From Eledone cirrhosa (lineage: Eukaryota): a DNA stretch of 64,000 nucleotides. The notes under the pieces were generated by a model. It was not told the origin of the DNA and ran no database searches. It saw nothing but the letters and a program-made list of their open reading frames with translations. Positions within the stretch are counted from its first letter, which is position 1. Each line of letters starts with the position of its first letter. The translations under genes and the position numbers were made by a program. Shown one piece after another: positions 28,781 through 43,075 of this stretch. The DNA lies in assembly GCA_964016885.1 (NCBI GenBank), contig OZ024741.1, positions 186,992,001-187,056,000 of the forward strand, given 5' to 3'.

Positions 28781-29127
28781 CATAGTTTTTGTTGCATGTT
28801 TACTAAATTCAATCCATGATTCGGGCCCCGTCACTTTGATTGTACCCTGAGTTGATCGATATCGAAACAACTGTAATATGCCATTGAAGTGTGTACATAT
28901 ACTGAAACACTGACTTCGATTCTACTTATTCTATATACAGTCTGCACACTACAGCCGCCTCAACTCTGGAATAAAGCCAAACACGAGACGGATTGTAACA
29001 GTATTGAGTGCTTCGAAAGGCACACTGTCTGTAACTATAATTATACACATAACTAACTCACACGCCCACACACACACATACATAAACACATACACACACA
29101 CAAACACATATATATATATTATTGTTG

Positions 29128-29543
29128 GTGGATTGGCAGTAACGGTAGAGGCTTGGATGCCATGCTTTGCAGCAAAGAGTTACTGCCCTTTATGGTCTGA
29201 GTTCAAATCCCGCCGAGGTTAACTTTGCCTTTCATCCTTACGGGGTTGATAAAATAAAGTACCAGTAATGCACGGGGTATTTGCTGGCCTTGTGCCAAAA
29301 GTAGAAACAATTATGATTATATTATATTATATTATTTATGTTCATACATGATGGCGGTGGATTGGCAATAGCGGTAGAGGGTCGGACGCCATGCTTTGAC
29401 GCATAGAGTTACGGCCCTTTCCATTCTGAGTTTAAATCCCGCCAATGTTAACTTTGCCTTTCATCCGTACGGGGTTCGATAAAATAAAGTACCAGTAATG
29501 CACGGGGTTTTTGCTGGCCTTGTGCCAAAAGTAGAAACAATTA
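29128..29543 (+). mobile_element. Two tandem SINE family 1 copies
   Basis: GGTGGATTGGCA...GTAGAAACAATTAT twice (29128-29313 and 29353-29543). Confidence 0.85.
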
Positions 29544-29944
29544 TTTATGTTCATACATGGAACAAAGTGCTATCCAAGGTTCCAAGGTCCAATCATGACC
29601 ATGTCCCCAGATTGTCTTATGTATATATATATATATATAATATATATTTGTGAAATGGGTGGTGGTTGAAATTCAGTTGTGCACGGTTAAATGGTAGTAG
29701 ACGTGGTCGGACGGACATGAAAATTTACACACCTATGTAAAAAGTGCCAAGGAAGCAAATTTAACATGAACAATTTGGTTCCTGGAGCCCCCAAATGGTC
29801 TATTTACTATCGCTTTCGGTGAGTTATTTCCCCCTTTTTCCGTAGTCGCTTTCAATATTCATTGTCTTATTTACAATTTCATACAGATAAAGCAGTAAAT
29901 AAAGGATTATGAGTTCAATGCAATTGACTTATGTTTCGTCACTA

Positions 29945-30013
<69 letters not shown>

Positions 30014-31189
30014 TATATAGATATATATAATATGAAAACGCTTTAATAAAAAAAATATCACTGTAATGTATGTATGCATGTATTTGTGTTTATGGGATAT
30101 GCGAGTAAATCTTACTTTGTGGACAGCTGCCCCTTAGCATAATATTCATGCTAGAACAGCATATATTTGAAAGTTTTCAGGGAGTTGAATTACTGATTTT
30201 GGATCGGCAGCTTTAGCTTTTAAAAAATGAAATGTGCAGTGTAAACATTTTTTATTATTCCTCCGGAGATGAATCTTCTCTGCCTTTTTCCATCTCTTTC
30301 GTTCTCTCTGGAAGAAATCAGCCGTAGTAAGACCTAAAAAAAGGGTTAGATACACCATGACGCACCGTGCATCACGGTGGAGTTGAAAAGCAGACTCAGA
30401 ACATGGCGTTGTGTGGGGGTGGCTCGCAGCCCTATGTTCCAGGGGGAGCAAAAGAAGAAGGAGAAGAAGAAGAAGAAGAAGAAGAAGAAGAAGAAGAAGA
30501 AGAAGAAGAAGAAGAAGAAGGTGTGAGCTGGAGTCCTATCAAATATATATTGGAAGTGGTCGGACGTTGTATATGTACGTGTAGTCAGATAAACGTCGAA
30601 ACGGCTTGGTGGAATGCAGCGAAAATTTACACAGTTATGCAGAATGCCCCGAGGAGGCGTTGGGTTGAGTTTCAAGGTACAAGCTTCCATGGTTACGGAG
30701 AAAATCGATGAAACAGGAATTTCCCATCCAAATTGAACTGAGAGTAATCTATGAACGCAGAAGTAAATATTTCGAGAAACGTTGAAACCGAACGAAAACA
30801 GGAAGATGGTATTTTGGTTCGTGAAGACGTTCCTTGACAATGAATGGGAAAAAAGCGAGGATAATACGTCGTTATGTGGAGCGTGAAGAGCAATTTCATG
30901 CAAAGACAAGACCAAGTTTATGGTATATATGGAGTCGTTAGACTAATATTCTATTTAAAATAACAGAACGATTTCCAGCCCCGGAGTTTAAGAATGATGT
31001 AAATAAAATTGAAAAGGAAAATGACAGAGGTTATTAAAATAGTAAAAGTAAATAGTGAAGATTTAGGCCAGTACAAACGTTTGCCCCGACGGACTTACAC
31101 ATACATACGCACACACAAATACATACCCCCTCACAGACACACACATAAACACACACACACACACACACCCACGAACGCACGCGCGTATG

Positions 31190-31601
31190 TATAAACCTTA
31201 TGCATTTCTACAGTATTTTCACCAAACTTAAGACATAGGTTACTTATGTACTCCGGATGGTCGTGGGCACCCTCATTCTTCCAGATATTGATTATAGGGC
31301 CCCTCGGCAGATAACCCCTTTCACTACTTTAACCACTTCCTTGGAGTCGACTGAAGCACTGCAGTGCAATGCAACAAAACGTCATAACTTCTGGAGTTCG
31401 CAACCGATTTTCACAAAACTTGACACATGGGCTACGTTTGTCCTACAGATGAATGTGAACTCTCAGAATTGGCACATATTGGGTAGGGGACCCCCGGGGG
31501 GCAGGAACACCCTTTTGGAAAAAGCCGATGAATTTGTAAAAGTATAATTTTCGAAGCAGCACTGAATTAAATATCCGAGCAACGCCGGGTACCTCTGCTA
31601 G
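31190..31601 (+). mobile_element. Helitron family A 3' portion (5' boundary uncertain)
   Basis: Ends CCGAGCAACGCCGGGTACCTCTGCTAG|T, the same terminus as the elements ending at 36013 and 63744. Confidence 0.6.
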
Positions 31602-32026
31602 TATACATATATATATATATATAATAAAAGTATGTGTTCCTACATGTAATTAAAATTTATTTTTAAAGATGTTTTATATATTTACACTCCATTGATTTTA
31701 TATGTTCGGGCTTGTTAATTTATTAACTTGCCATTGAACCACACTGCCATATGGTCGGGCTATACTTGTGTCACTGTGTGTATTAATTACATGTAGGAAC
31801 ACATACTTTTATTATTATTCTCCCCAATGGTAGAGAAACCTTTGGTCGTTTGAATGGCTGCTATTTTTAGTAGTACAGGATTGACCTGTCCAGCGTGCTT
31901 TTGCCTTTGCACACGATACAATGTCAACACTGCTTTATCATTCATTTGCTCTCGTTCTGAGGCAGTTTGGAATGGCGCCATTTGTAATTTTAACTCAGGA
32001 ATTTTATATTCTCTGAGAGAGAAATA

Positions 32027-32105
32027 CCTTCTGACAATGATCTCTTTCTCAATGGAAATCCGCTTGGATTATCTATTCGTTTGGGATTTGAAACCGCGGT
32101 AAGGG
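32027..32105 (+). ncRNA. Degenerate hammerhead (A at position 8) with long stem II
   Basis: CCTT-CTGACAA-...AAATCC...GGATTT-GAAACCGCGGTA-AGGG; palindromic ACCGCGGT. Confidence 0.5.
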
Positions 32106-32173
32106 CACATATAGTAAGTACAGTGAATTTTTTTAAAATTTATCTTTTAAGATTTTTTCTACTCCCTTGATTT

Positions 32174-32213
<40 letters not shown>

Positions 32214-32376
32214 AGAAATTGGAATAAATGCTCTGAAATAGCGATATATATGTGAATATAGACATAGAATATTCGAAAATATTCTGTATGTTTATAATAA
32301 ACATTTTGAAGACCTAATCGCTATAGAATAGAATACGTCACGTATTACAATTAGATTCTCGATAAAAGCAAGGGAA

Positions 32377-32419
32377 GTAATCTACGCGTTTCATTCTCGT
32401 TAGAAATCATCAGGACTAC
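32377..32419 (-). ncRNA. Minimal type I hammerhead ribozyme
   Basis: Reverse complement of 33129-33171. Confidence 0.85.
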
Positions 32420-32686
32420 ATATCCAGTGCTTTTATCGAGAATGACACAGCTAGAGACTTATAGAATACTTAGCTGTGTACAGGAACTGGTTTGAAAGAG
32501 CGGTTGCCGGTCCGGCAGAAATTAGAAATTGGAATAAATGCTCTGAAATAGCGATATATATGTGAATATAGACATAGAATATTCGAAAATATTCTGTATG
32601 TTTATAATAAACATTTTGAAGACCTAATCGCTATAGAATAGAATACGTCACGTATTACAATTAGATTCTCGATAAAAGCAAGGGAA

Positions 32687-32729
32687 GTAATCTACGCGTT
32701 TCATTCTCGTTAGAAATCATCAGGACTAC
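32687..32729 (-). ncRNA. Minimal type I hammerhead ribozyme
   Basis: Identical to 32377-32419, offset by 310 bp. Confidence 0.85.
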
Positions 32730-33128
32730 ATATCCAGTGCTTTTATCGAGAATGACACAGCTAGAGACTTATAGAATACTTAGCTGTGTACAGGAACTGG
32801 TTTGAAAGAGCGGTTGCCGGTCCGGCAGAAATTAGAAATTGGAATAAATGCTCTGAAATAGCGATATATATGTGAATATAGACATAGAATATTCGAAAAT
32901 ATTCTGTATGTTTATAGCGATTAGGTCTTCAAAATGTTTATTATAAACATACAGAATATTTTCGAATATTCTATGTCTATATTCACATATATATCGCTAT
33001 TTCAGAGCATTTATTCCAATTTCTAATTTCTGCCGGACCGGCAACCGCTCTTTCAAACCAGTTCCTGTACACAGCTAAGTATTCTATAAGTCTCTAGCTG
33101 TGTCATTCTCGATAAAAGCACTGGATAT

Positions 33129-33171
33129 GTAGTCCTGATGATTTCTAACGAGAATGAAACGCGTAGATTAC
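33129..33171 (+). ncRNA. Minimal type I hammerhead ribozyme
   Basis: GTAGTC-CTGATGA-T-TTCT-AACG-AGAA-T-GAAACGCGTA-GATTAC. 6-bp stem I, palindromic ACGCGT, GUA triplet. Confidence 0.85.
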
Positions 33172-33291
33172 TTCCCTTGCTTTTATCGAGAATCTAATTG
33201 TAATACGTGACGTATTCTATTCTATAGCGATTAGGTCTTCAAAATGTTTATTATAAACATACAGAATATTTTCGAATATTCTATGTCTATA

Positions 33292-33391
<100 letters not shown>

Positions 33392-33690
33392 GTTAAAAGA
33401 ATAGAGGTGTAACACACAAGTTATTATATATTGGTAAACGGAATAGAAAATGCTGACAAATTGTTCACAGTTGAAAAATGTTTTAATTAGGAATAAAAGA
33501 GTATTAGTAATTGTATGGGTTAGTATTCAGTTGTGGTTTTAAGTTTTTAAGTTTTTACCGGTTGCGCATTTCTAAATGCTTTTCAAAATTAATTTTGAGA
33601 TAGAGTGTCCGTGTTGTTTGCTCAGATCAGAGCTAACAACAGGGACACTCTATCTCAAAATTATTTTGTCAGCATTTTCTATTCCGTTTA

Positions 33691-33731
<41 letters not shown>

Positions 33732-34191
33732 TACACTCGATTCACTTGCATTCCTTTTCTAGCCCTCAATTCAAATAAACGGCAGTTAATCTTTTGTCAG
33801 CCTCGCAAGGTTCCTTGTAAATATGTTTTGTTTCTAATAGCTAGGAATCCGTATCTTTGTCTATTCTCATTGATTCATTTGTTCTCATCACGAAAATAAA
33901 TCCACAGGACCAATCAGAATAAAACATTATTTTGCTTTTATTATTCCTTTTCCCTCCTTTTTTCTCCCTCCTCTTTTTTCTCCTTCCCTCTCCTTCTCTT
34001 TCTTTTTCATTCTTATTTACCACTTTTTACGATGTTTGTTCAAATCCGCCGGTGTTACTTATCTCTTAATTGTTACAGGATGAATCAATAGCTTCCCTTA
34101 ACTGGGACATATTTAATCGACTGTAAACACTTTAAATAAAATGTATGCAAATCTTGTTCTTATGTTAAACATTAATATCATATATATCACT

Positions 34192-34781
34192 AATAATTGT
34201 TTCTACTTTTGGCACAAGGCCAGCAAATACCCAGTGCATTACTGGTACTTTATTTTATCGACCTCGTAAGGATGACAAGCAAAGTTAACCTCGGCGGGAT
34301 TTGAACTCAGAATGGCAAGGGCCGTAACTCTATGCGTCAAAGCATGGTGCCCGACCCTCTACCGATACTGCCAATGCACCACTAATAATGGTTTCTTATA
34401 TAGGCACATGGCCTGCAATTTTGGGGGAGGGGAAAGTCGATTAAATCGACCCCAGTGCGTGACTGGTACTTTTATCTTATCGACAGCGTAAGGATGAAAT
34501 GCAAAATTAACCTCGGCGGGATTTGAACTCAAATCATACAGGGCCGTAACTCCATGCTGCGAACCTCTACCGATACTGCCAATCCACCACTAATAATTGT
34601 TTCCACTTTAGGCACAAGGCCAGCAAATATACAGTGCATTACTGGTACTTTATTTTATCGACCCCGTAAGGATGAAAGGCAAAGTTAACCTCGGCGGGAT
34701 TTGAACTCAGAATGGCAAGGGCCGTAACTCTATGCGTCAAAGCACGGCGTCAGACCCTCTACTGATACTGCCAATCCACCA
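34192..34781 (-). mobile_element. Three head-to-tail SINE family 1 copies
   Basis: Units at about 34192, 34383 and 34592, separated by CCACTAATAAT. Confidence 0.85.
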
Positions 34782-34927
34782 CTACTACTATTCATAAGTT
34801 TGTTTAAACCCAATCTCATGTGTTACGCATTTAACAACGTCAACTAACGAATGAAATCTAAACCTTTAAGATGATAAACAAGTTCGAGTTATGGAAGAAA
34901 ACCTAAAACATGAATGAAATATTTAAC

Positions 34928-35118
34928 ATAATTGTTTCTACGTTAGGCACAAGGCCAGCAATTACCCAGTGTATTACTGGTACTTTATTTTATCGACCCC
35001 GTAAGGATGAAAGGCAAAGTTAACCTCGGCGGGATTTGAACTCAGAATGGCAAGGGCCGTAACTCTATGCGTCAAAGCATGGCGTCCGACCCTCTACCAA
35101 CACTGCCAATCTACCGCC
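34928..35118 (-). mobile_element. SINE family 1, full length
   Basis: Consensus match, with ATTTAACATAAT on both sides (likely TSD). Confidence 0.88.
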
Positions 35119-36012
35119 ATTTATTTAACATAATGAAATATTTAACATAATGAAACATTGTTATAAAGATCTATAAATATACGCCACAAAACAGGCAGCA
35201 TGTTATGTCGAAATTATCTTGTTGTTGAGTGGGTGTGTTATAGTCAACTAAAATGTAGCATTATTCCTTTAACAATAACAACATTTTTGCATCGAGAATA
35301 AATTTGATTATATTCTATCGCTATTTTATCAACATCTCAGAAGTATTGTGCTTCAAAATAAGTCTCCTATTTAATGTATTTTAAATATAAGGTAAAGATA
35401 CAGGACTCTTAACTCCTAATGAAGTCTCAGGGATACCGTCCTGACACAGTTTAATCATGCAGGAACCCACACTTCTCCATGTTAGAATGTAGCCTATTAC
35501 TTCTAAAGAAAGGTGGGTGAACGAGAGAAAGTAAGAGCGAGAGGGGAAGAGAGAGACAAAGATAGGGGATGAATTGACCCCAGTATTTGACTGGTAGTTT
35601 ATTTATCGACTTCGAAACGATTGTAAAACAAAGTTCATCTTTGCAGGATTTGAACCGAAACAGATAATGACGCATTTTTTATCCAACGCCATATCGACTC
35701 CACCAATTTGCCGCTTCGCATTATCAATATACTTCCATCTAATTTTGTTCTACAAAATAAATTCTCATGATTATTTTTATTATTATTATTATTGATTTTG
35801 ATTTGGGAAATAAATTATAATTTTTTTTTTTTATGAGGGTCGAAAGAAATTCAGTAAAATGCACCCAGGTATTCAAGGGTAGGAAATGCTGTGTATGAAT
35901 GCGCCAACATTTACCTACATATCACTATAGATTCTGATGTTGTTGCTGTTTTTTTATGGGAGGGAGGGGGGGGGCAGTGTCTACCTTGCCAATATCTATC
36001 TTTATAAGTAAA

Positions 36013-36608
36013 TTAGCAGATGTACCCGGCGTTGCTCGGGAAATGAATGACAGCCTGTTTGTCCGTATAAAGAGAGCCAAAGGTTGAGCGAACAATTGAA
36101 ATGTAATTGTAAAAAGAAGTTTAACAAAATGGGTGTACAGTGACATGATTGAGTGACATAAACGGCAACATAAAAACAATTGATGGGGTAGCTTGAGTTA
36201 ATTGACGTGAATGATTTCAGGTCCGGCCTTGCTGTAGTAGGTATGACTAAGGGGATAAAGATGGAATAGACGCACCGTATGTCCTTCAGTAGACTAAACC
36301 CTATGCGTAAGATGGCGCTGCTACTACCACGTTGACCATCCACTGGACATAGAAATATCATTCCTTGAATCAAATCGGTCTAGTACTTCAGAAGTTAAAA
36401 GGAGCCTAGTATTTGTACACAGACAGATACACACACAAAATCTATTTTTTGGCCCAATATCGATTTTTTTTGCTCTGGCATATAAGCAACAGGTGTGCCA
36501 AATTTGGTTGAAATCGGCCTAGTACTTCAAAAGTTGAAAAGAGCCTAGTATTTGTACACAGACAGACACACACACACACAGACCGACTTGCTTTTATATA
36601 TATGTAGA
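36013..36608 (-). mobile_element. Non-autonomous Helitron, family A
   Basis: The - strand starts A|TCTACATATATATAAAAGC and ends CCCGAGCAACGCCGGGTACATCTGCTAA|T. Confidence 0.75.
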
Positions 36609-36667
36609 TTGTCAATAATTTTAAAGAAGTTGCTGCATATCATGGCCGCTATACGATGATGGACATA

Positions 36668-36845
36668 ATAATTGTTTCTACTTTTGGCACAAGGCCAGCA
36701 ATTCCCCAGTGCATTAGTGGTACTTTATTTTATCGACCCTGTAAGAATGAAAGGCAAAGTTAACCCTGGCGGGAACTCAGAACATGAAGGGCCACTCCTA
36801 TGCTGCAAAGCATGGTATCCGACGCTCTACCGATACTGCCAATCA
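36668..36845 (-). mobile_element. SINE family 1
   Basis: Consensus match. Confidence 0.8.
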
Positions 36846-36911
36846 ACTTCCATAGTTTACAACATTTACAGTTTTTCATGTTTCTCTTTTCTACGTCTTT
36901 CCTTATAGATA

Positions 36912-37379
36912 CTAGCAGAAAAACCACCCTTAGGGTGGTTTTCTACTAGCATGTATAGTGTGTATATTGATATTATACGCAGGTATATATACATGTACAT
37001 ATGATACATCAAATAAAATCGTAATTGACAATATATAATACACAGAAATTGAACGAAGACTGTTACACTGTCTTATTAAATCAGTAAAGTAATCCATGAT
37101 ACATTAAAAAAGACGATATTATATATAAACTGCATTAGGAGAAAATTAGTATGTTTATTTAAGCGATGGCCAACCGGAAGTGTTGACATTTCAGACATTT
37201 TAAAGAAGTGAATCTTTAAATAAACAAAATATATTTAAACTACAGCCACGAAATTTAGTAGATAAATTATGTAATATTCATTCATTATTTATTCAAAGTA
37301 ATCCAACTTATTTTACTAATGGGATAAAAAATTATAAACCGTACGCAGTCCCGCACTCCTTACTTTATTATAGTTTAGA
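36912..37379 (-). mobile_element. Non-autonomous Helitron, family B
   Basis: Inverted homologue of 26407-26874, with A|TC...hairpin-CTAG|T termini. Confidence 0.72.
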
Positions 37380-39634
37380 TTATATCGATGTGTTTACAAA
37401 AGTCAGTATGTTTCATTCTAATTATACGCATTTTAAATGGAACGATGGACACATTTCTTAACTACCATAATATGTTTAATCTCATAGCTAACAACATTTA
37501 GTGATCCTGATATTACTATTTTCTGGAACATGTCTTCCTTTATCCTTCAACGAAATTAGTTAACGTTCTGACAGAAGTGGTTTGTGTGTAATTTCTGTGG
37601 ACCAATTATAAATGAGAAACATTTTTCTTAATTGCCATAATGTTTGCAATTCAAAAGCTGTCATTGTAATTTCCTTAGCTTTTCAGCTCTCTTTTGCAGA
37701 ACATTACATTCATTTAGTATTGCTATTTCGATAATTAGTACACTATAATACAACTGTCTAGTCAATTGGTACTTCTATGTCGATAATTAGTGCATTATGA
37801 TACAATGTTGTAGTAATTTCGTATTGCTGCTATGTCAATGATTAGTACGCCTCTGTCATTTTCGTCTTGCAGAATGATGCAAAGTATATCATGAGTTATC
37901 TTGTAGCCTGTTTGCAGTCTAAAGTTCAGTAATAACGGTATTGTTGTTTTTTAAGACAGGTGAAAGTTCAATGTTTATCACAGAGATTTAAAATTAAATG
38001 AACACGTCTATTATTAATATAATTAAAGTTTCAATTGTTGTTATCTTGTTGTCCAAGTTGTTTTTGTTGTTGATTCGACACTTATCGATGTATTAGTATA
38101 TACATATTTCAGTAATTATATACAAAGTTAATTCCTTTAACACTTTAACATAGGAGATATTATGTTGTTGTTGTTGTTGTTGTTGTTCTTCTTCTTCTTC
38201 TTCTTGCCACAAAAAAAAATATTGGTAATGATAAAGATAGTAATAGTATTAGGGGTGTTTGGGGAGGTGCTGTTGATGGGTTGGATTCCCGTTGGTGGAA
38301 TTGGTTATCTTGTGGATTTGTTGTTACTATTGATGTTATTTTTGTGGTTGTTTTCGTTATTACTGCTGTTTTCGTCAACCTTGTTTGAATAGATGTTAGT
38401 GGTGAAGGTGGTGGTGGTGGTGTTGGGGTAGTGGTTGTTGTTATTGTGGTGTTGATGTTACCGACGTCATTAAAAGCCACACACATTGTCTGGTATTTGC
38501 TCTATGTAATATGTGTGATCTCTGATGTACTGAGTGCTATTATGTGCTGTGTGCAATATGCTTATTGCGTATGGTTTATGTGTGTTTGTATGTTATGTGT
38601 GTCTGTGTTTGCATGTGTGTGTGTGTGTGTGTGTCTGTGTTTGTATGTAAGTGTGTCTGCTATGCGACGTTGGACTCCCAGTTGGCATTCAGCCTGTCTC
38701 GGCTCAATGCCGACATATTTACTGCATACGCCACGAAGCACCGATTGGACGAGAAGATTGGAAAATGTGGTCGACTGTTTATAGTATCTCTGCAATGTGA
38801 TCGTCTGTTTACAACATAGCATCAACAACACAGCCCAGACACAGGGTACCTCTGTATGGTCCTTCAACCTTCCAGATATAGGAGTCAAATATCGTTCAAA
38901 CTACATCGATTGGACGAGGAGGATGGAAACAATGCAATTTTTTCTGCGCTTCTTTTCGACTTTTCTCATCAACATCACAGTACACAAGCAGATGACCTCT
39001 AAATAGTTTATCTGCCACAAATAGCAGTCAAATATTCCACAAACTATCCACAATGAACGAAGAGAATTGGAAACATTCTTTTTAATCTGCATTTGTCGCT
39101 GTCTAAATAATTCTTTCAACAAGATTACTACAGTAACACATAGTCCCTATATGGCCAACCGTTCGGCAAGAGATAGCAGTCATATACTTCAAACCACAAC
39201 GATTAAAATAGATGAAATTCAAAGTGGATAATGATTTTTTTTCTCCTGCGTATATGTCCACTTTATTATGAAATGTTCGCAATAACAACACACTCCAAAC
39301 ACTAATAGCCTCTTCATGACCATTCACCCCTGAATCTAATGTCACACAAACTACACTGATTGGACGAGAAACATTTGAATCCAATTCTTTTGTGTTGTTC
39401 TGCATTCTTTCATTATGGCCGCCTGTTTATGAAGTTTTCTCAACAAAAATGATCCGGAAATACAATGACCCTTTGCATGGTCAAATGTTTAGAAATAGCA
39501 GTTAAATGTTCCTCAAACTACATTGATTTAACCAGAAAACATTGTGACAATGCGTTTCTCCGCATTTCTCCTAGCAAGCTAATCTCCGCCCATCCACAGC
39601 CTAATGTCTTACAAATGAAGACTAGTGGTAAGTG

Positions 39635-40140
39635 CATGCATACATACATACATACATACATACATACATACATACATACATACATGCATACATGCATACA
39701 TGCATACATACATACATACATGCATACATACATACATACATACATACATACATACATGCATACATACATACATGCATACATGCATACATGCATACATGCA
39801 TACATGCATACATGCATACATACATACATACATACATACATGCATACATACATACATACATGCATACATACATACATGCATACATACATACATACATACA
39901 TACATACATACATACATGCATGCATACATACATACATACATACATACATGCATACATGCATGCATACATACATACATACATGCATACATACATACATGCA
40001 TACATACATACATACATACATACATACATACATACATACATACATGCATACATACATACATGCATACATACATACATACATGCATACATACATACATACA
40101 TACATACATACATACATACATACATACATACATACATACA
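39635..40140. repeat. (TACA)n microsatellite with TGCA variants
   Basis: Read directly; forms the 5' flank of the Dong-type LINE. Confidence 0.95.
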
Positions 40141-41907
40141 GTTAAGACTGATAAGATACATTACCAGAAGGGCATCTTTCAGGGTGATAGCTTGTCAGTG
40201 CTACTCTTCGTTCTCTCACTGAATCCACTATCTTACCTACTCAGGAAACAAGGTGGACAAAGAAGTGGGCCCAGAAGTATCTCCCATCTTTTCTTTGTTG
40301 ATGACCTGAAGTTGTATGGGCCAAATATCAATGACATCAAGAAACAATTGGACCTCATTACACAATTTTCAACCGACATCAAAATGAAATTTGGTGGGTC
40401 CAAGTGTGCATATTTGGCAGTAAAACGTGGAAGAGCTGTGCCCTCCTCTAGAAATCTAGAGATGAACGGCCTGACAATACAACCTCTGCAGTCAGGTGAC
40501 AACTACAGATATCTTGGACAGGATGAGAATGTCAGATATGATGGACCCATAAATAAGGAGAGAACCAGAACTGAATACCTCAGAAGAGTAAAGAAAATAT
40601 GGTCATCAGAACTGTCAGCATACAACAAATACATTGCCCACAATACTTATGCTGTGCCAATTCTAACGCCAACATTTGGCCTACTGAACTGGTCATTGCA
40701 AGAACTAAGTGAGATGGATGTTAGAACTCGAAAACTTCTCAGTGTTACTGGGAACTTTAACATCAATGGTGATGTGGATAGGCTATACTTCTCACGCAAG
40801 GAAAGTGGCCGGGGTCTAAAATCAATATTAACAACATATGAGACCCGGATAGTAACACTGAAGCAACACCTTCAACAGAGGAAAATGGTTGACAAGCATC
40901 TTGCCCAGGTTTATGAGCATGAAAAAAGAAATATCATTAGAATAGCGACTGATCTGGAGGAGAGATATGGAATAAAGCCTGATATAAATCTCTCACCCAG
41001 AGAAATCGGAAGATCCTATTCAATGTTGAAACAAGATAAAAAAATTGACCAATTTACAGAAAAAGTTGTGCATGGATACTTGAGGCGTAAAACACAGACC
41101 ATAGAGGGGATAAACCACTCAAAAAGCCTGGCATGGAGTTCCGACAAGTTTATGACATCACACCTTGAGGGATATCTCTATGCAATACAGGAACAAGAAC
41201 TCCCTACCAAATATCTGCTGCACAAAAGAGGAGGGCCAGCAGCTGACAATAAATGTAGGCTATGTAAAACAAAGATCGAGGACGTAAGCCACATTGTTGC
41301 CAGCTGCGAAATAATGTCATCTCGCTACTACCTCCCCATGAGACACGATGGGATAGCTAGAACCATCTGGAACGCACTTCGGAAAACAAAATTAACAACA
41401 AACGAGGAAGAATATATTGAGACAGATGGCACTAAGGAATACTGGTGGAACCTGAAAATAAAAACTGCCACCAAATTAAAGCACAACCGGCCTGATATTG
41501 TCGTTTGGGACCACACATTGAAAACGTGTTCTGTTGTGGAGATCAGCTGCCCACTTGATGTAAACGTTGTCAGAAAAATACAGGAGAAGGAGGACATCTA
41601 CGGACCATTGATGAGGAGTTTACAAATCCAGTATCCAAGATACACCTTTAGCTTCATACCCATCATTATAGGAGCTACGGGTTATATACCAACCCGCTTG
41701 GACCAAAGTATGACTGAACTTGGATTTGCGGACAAAAAGCGCAGCTCCCTAATTCATAGTCTACAAATGGCTGCGATAGCTGGCACCTTCAAAATTTGCA
41801 AAACATTCTTGCGATTCAAGGGATGACAATTTCTTTTATTTTACAACCTTGCCACCTGGAAGGTGGCCGGTCAAAAAAATATACTCGAAATTAAGAGAAA
41901 GAGAAAA
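40141..41907 (+). mobile_element. 5'-truncated R4/Dong-clade LINE (RT C-half plus RLE), uninterrupted frame to the stop at 41826
   Basis: GIFQGDSLS, HLFFVDDLKLY, YRYLG, GRGL, CRLC..EDVSHIVASC, RHD, RPDIVVWD..VEISCP and K..Y motifs. Both ends abut (TACA)n. Confidence 0.93.
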
Positions 41908-42944
41908 CATACATACATACATACATACATACATACATACATACATACATGCATACATACATACATACATACATACATACATACATACATGCATACATAC
42001 ATACATACATACATACATGCATACATACATACATACATACATGATAACTGCCACTTCTTTACAGAAGACGGCCATCTCTTCAAATAATTCCCTGCTATAA
42101 CTACCGCCAACTGCATGCTGGTGACTAGTTTGATGACTGAGCAGGCTTTGTTTAAGCCACCTTTTCTAGACCCTTCCCATGTGGTATGGGTGAGCAGTGC
42201 GCCCCCCCCCCCCCCAAAAAAAAAACGATGCTCAGACGTTCAAGATTTGGTTGAAGCATGTTGCTGTTCAGGTCAACAGTGTAGCGACATTAGGATAAGA
42301 TTCGAGCCACCCACGTGTAGATTTGTGACTATGTGCTTCTAACCGCTCGAGTCTGCATACGTTGCCACTCCTCTACCGCTGTGGGACTTGTGAAGAAATA
42401 TATGCAATGACAATGCCACGGGCTTGTGCTACACACATAGCACCCACTCCATCCCAACAGCTATGTGTCCAGTCACAAGCAAAGGCAAGGTAACGGAACG
42501 AGGATCATATGTGTTATTGTCATGGAGTTTAACCTCTCCAGGAGTTGTAGCCTTACTCACAACGCATGGCCAATATCAGGTTTGTAAGGCTATTTGACCC
42601 ATAGTTGGATGGATGACCGTTGTCTCTGTGCAGTTCATCAGCCACTTAACAGCTCTTGTTTTTTTTTGTGCCGTTGGTTTTCCACATACCCTCCTCCTCA
42701 GACCAGTTTCTGGTAGAGGAGTCGGTTTAGTCGCCAACCATCCGATCATGGACAAGGTTGTACTAGGCTACACGGTACCTGTAGCAGACAGAGACCTTAC
42801 ATGACATACATGCATGCATCCATCCATCCATCCATCCATCCATCCATCCATCCATCCATCCATACATACATACTTACATACATGCATCCACACATAGAAT
42901 AACATCCATACCTGCACACACATGCATGCATGCAGACATGCAGA

Positions 42945-43060
42945 CATATCTACCTAATTGATGTTGTGTAAATTCAAATGAGAGAGTCTTGTGTCTATGT
43001 TACAAACCGAATTTCTCTCTATTGGCAAACATTTGTGAAATTATAAAACCAGAAGAACAT
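42945..43060 (+). mobile_element. Solo 3' UTR of the second Dong family
   Basis: Reverse complement of 49691-49800 and 51601-51708, ending CCAGAAGAACATACATAC. Confidence 0.75.
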
Positions 43061-43075
43061 ACATACATACTTACA

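Noticed and set aside
39625-41826. 733-aa ORF as a novel His/Thr/Tyr-repeat plus RT fusion protein
   Set aside because: The N-terminal 170 aa are the (TACA)n microsatellite, which has no stop in any frame, and the annotated start is a GTG. The real coding part is a 5'-truncated LINE beginning at 40141.
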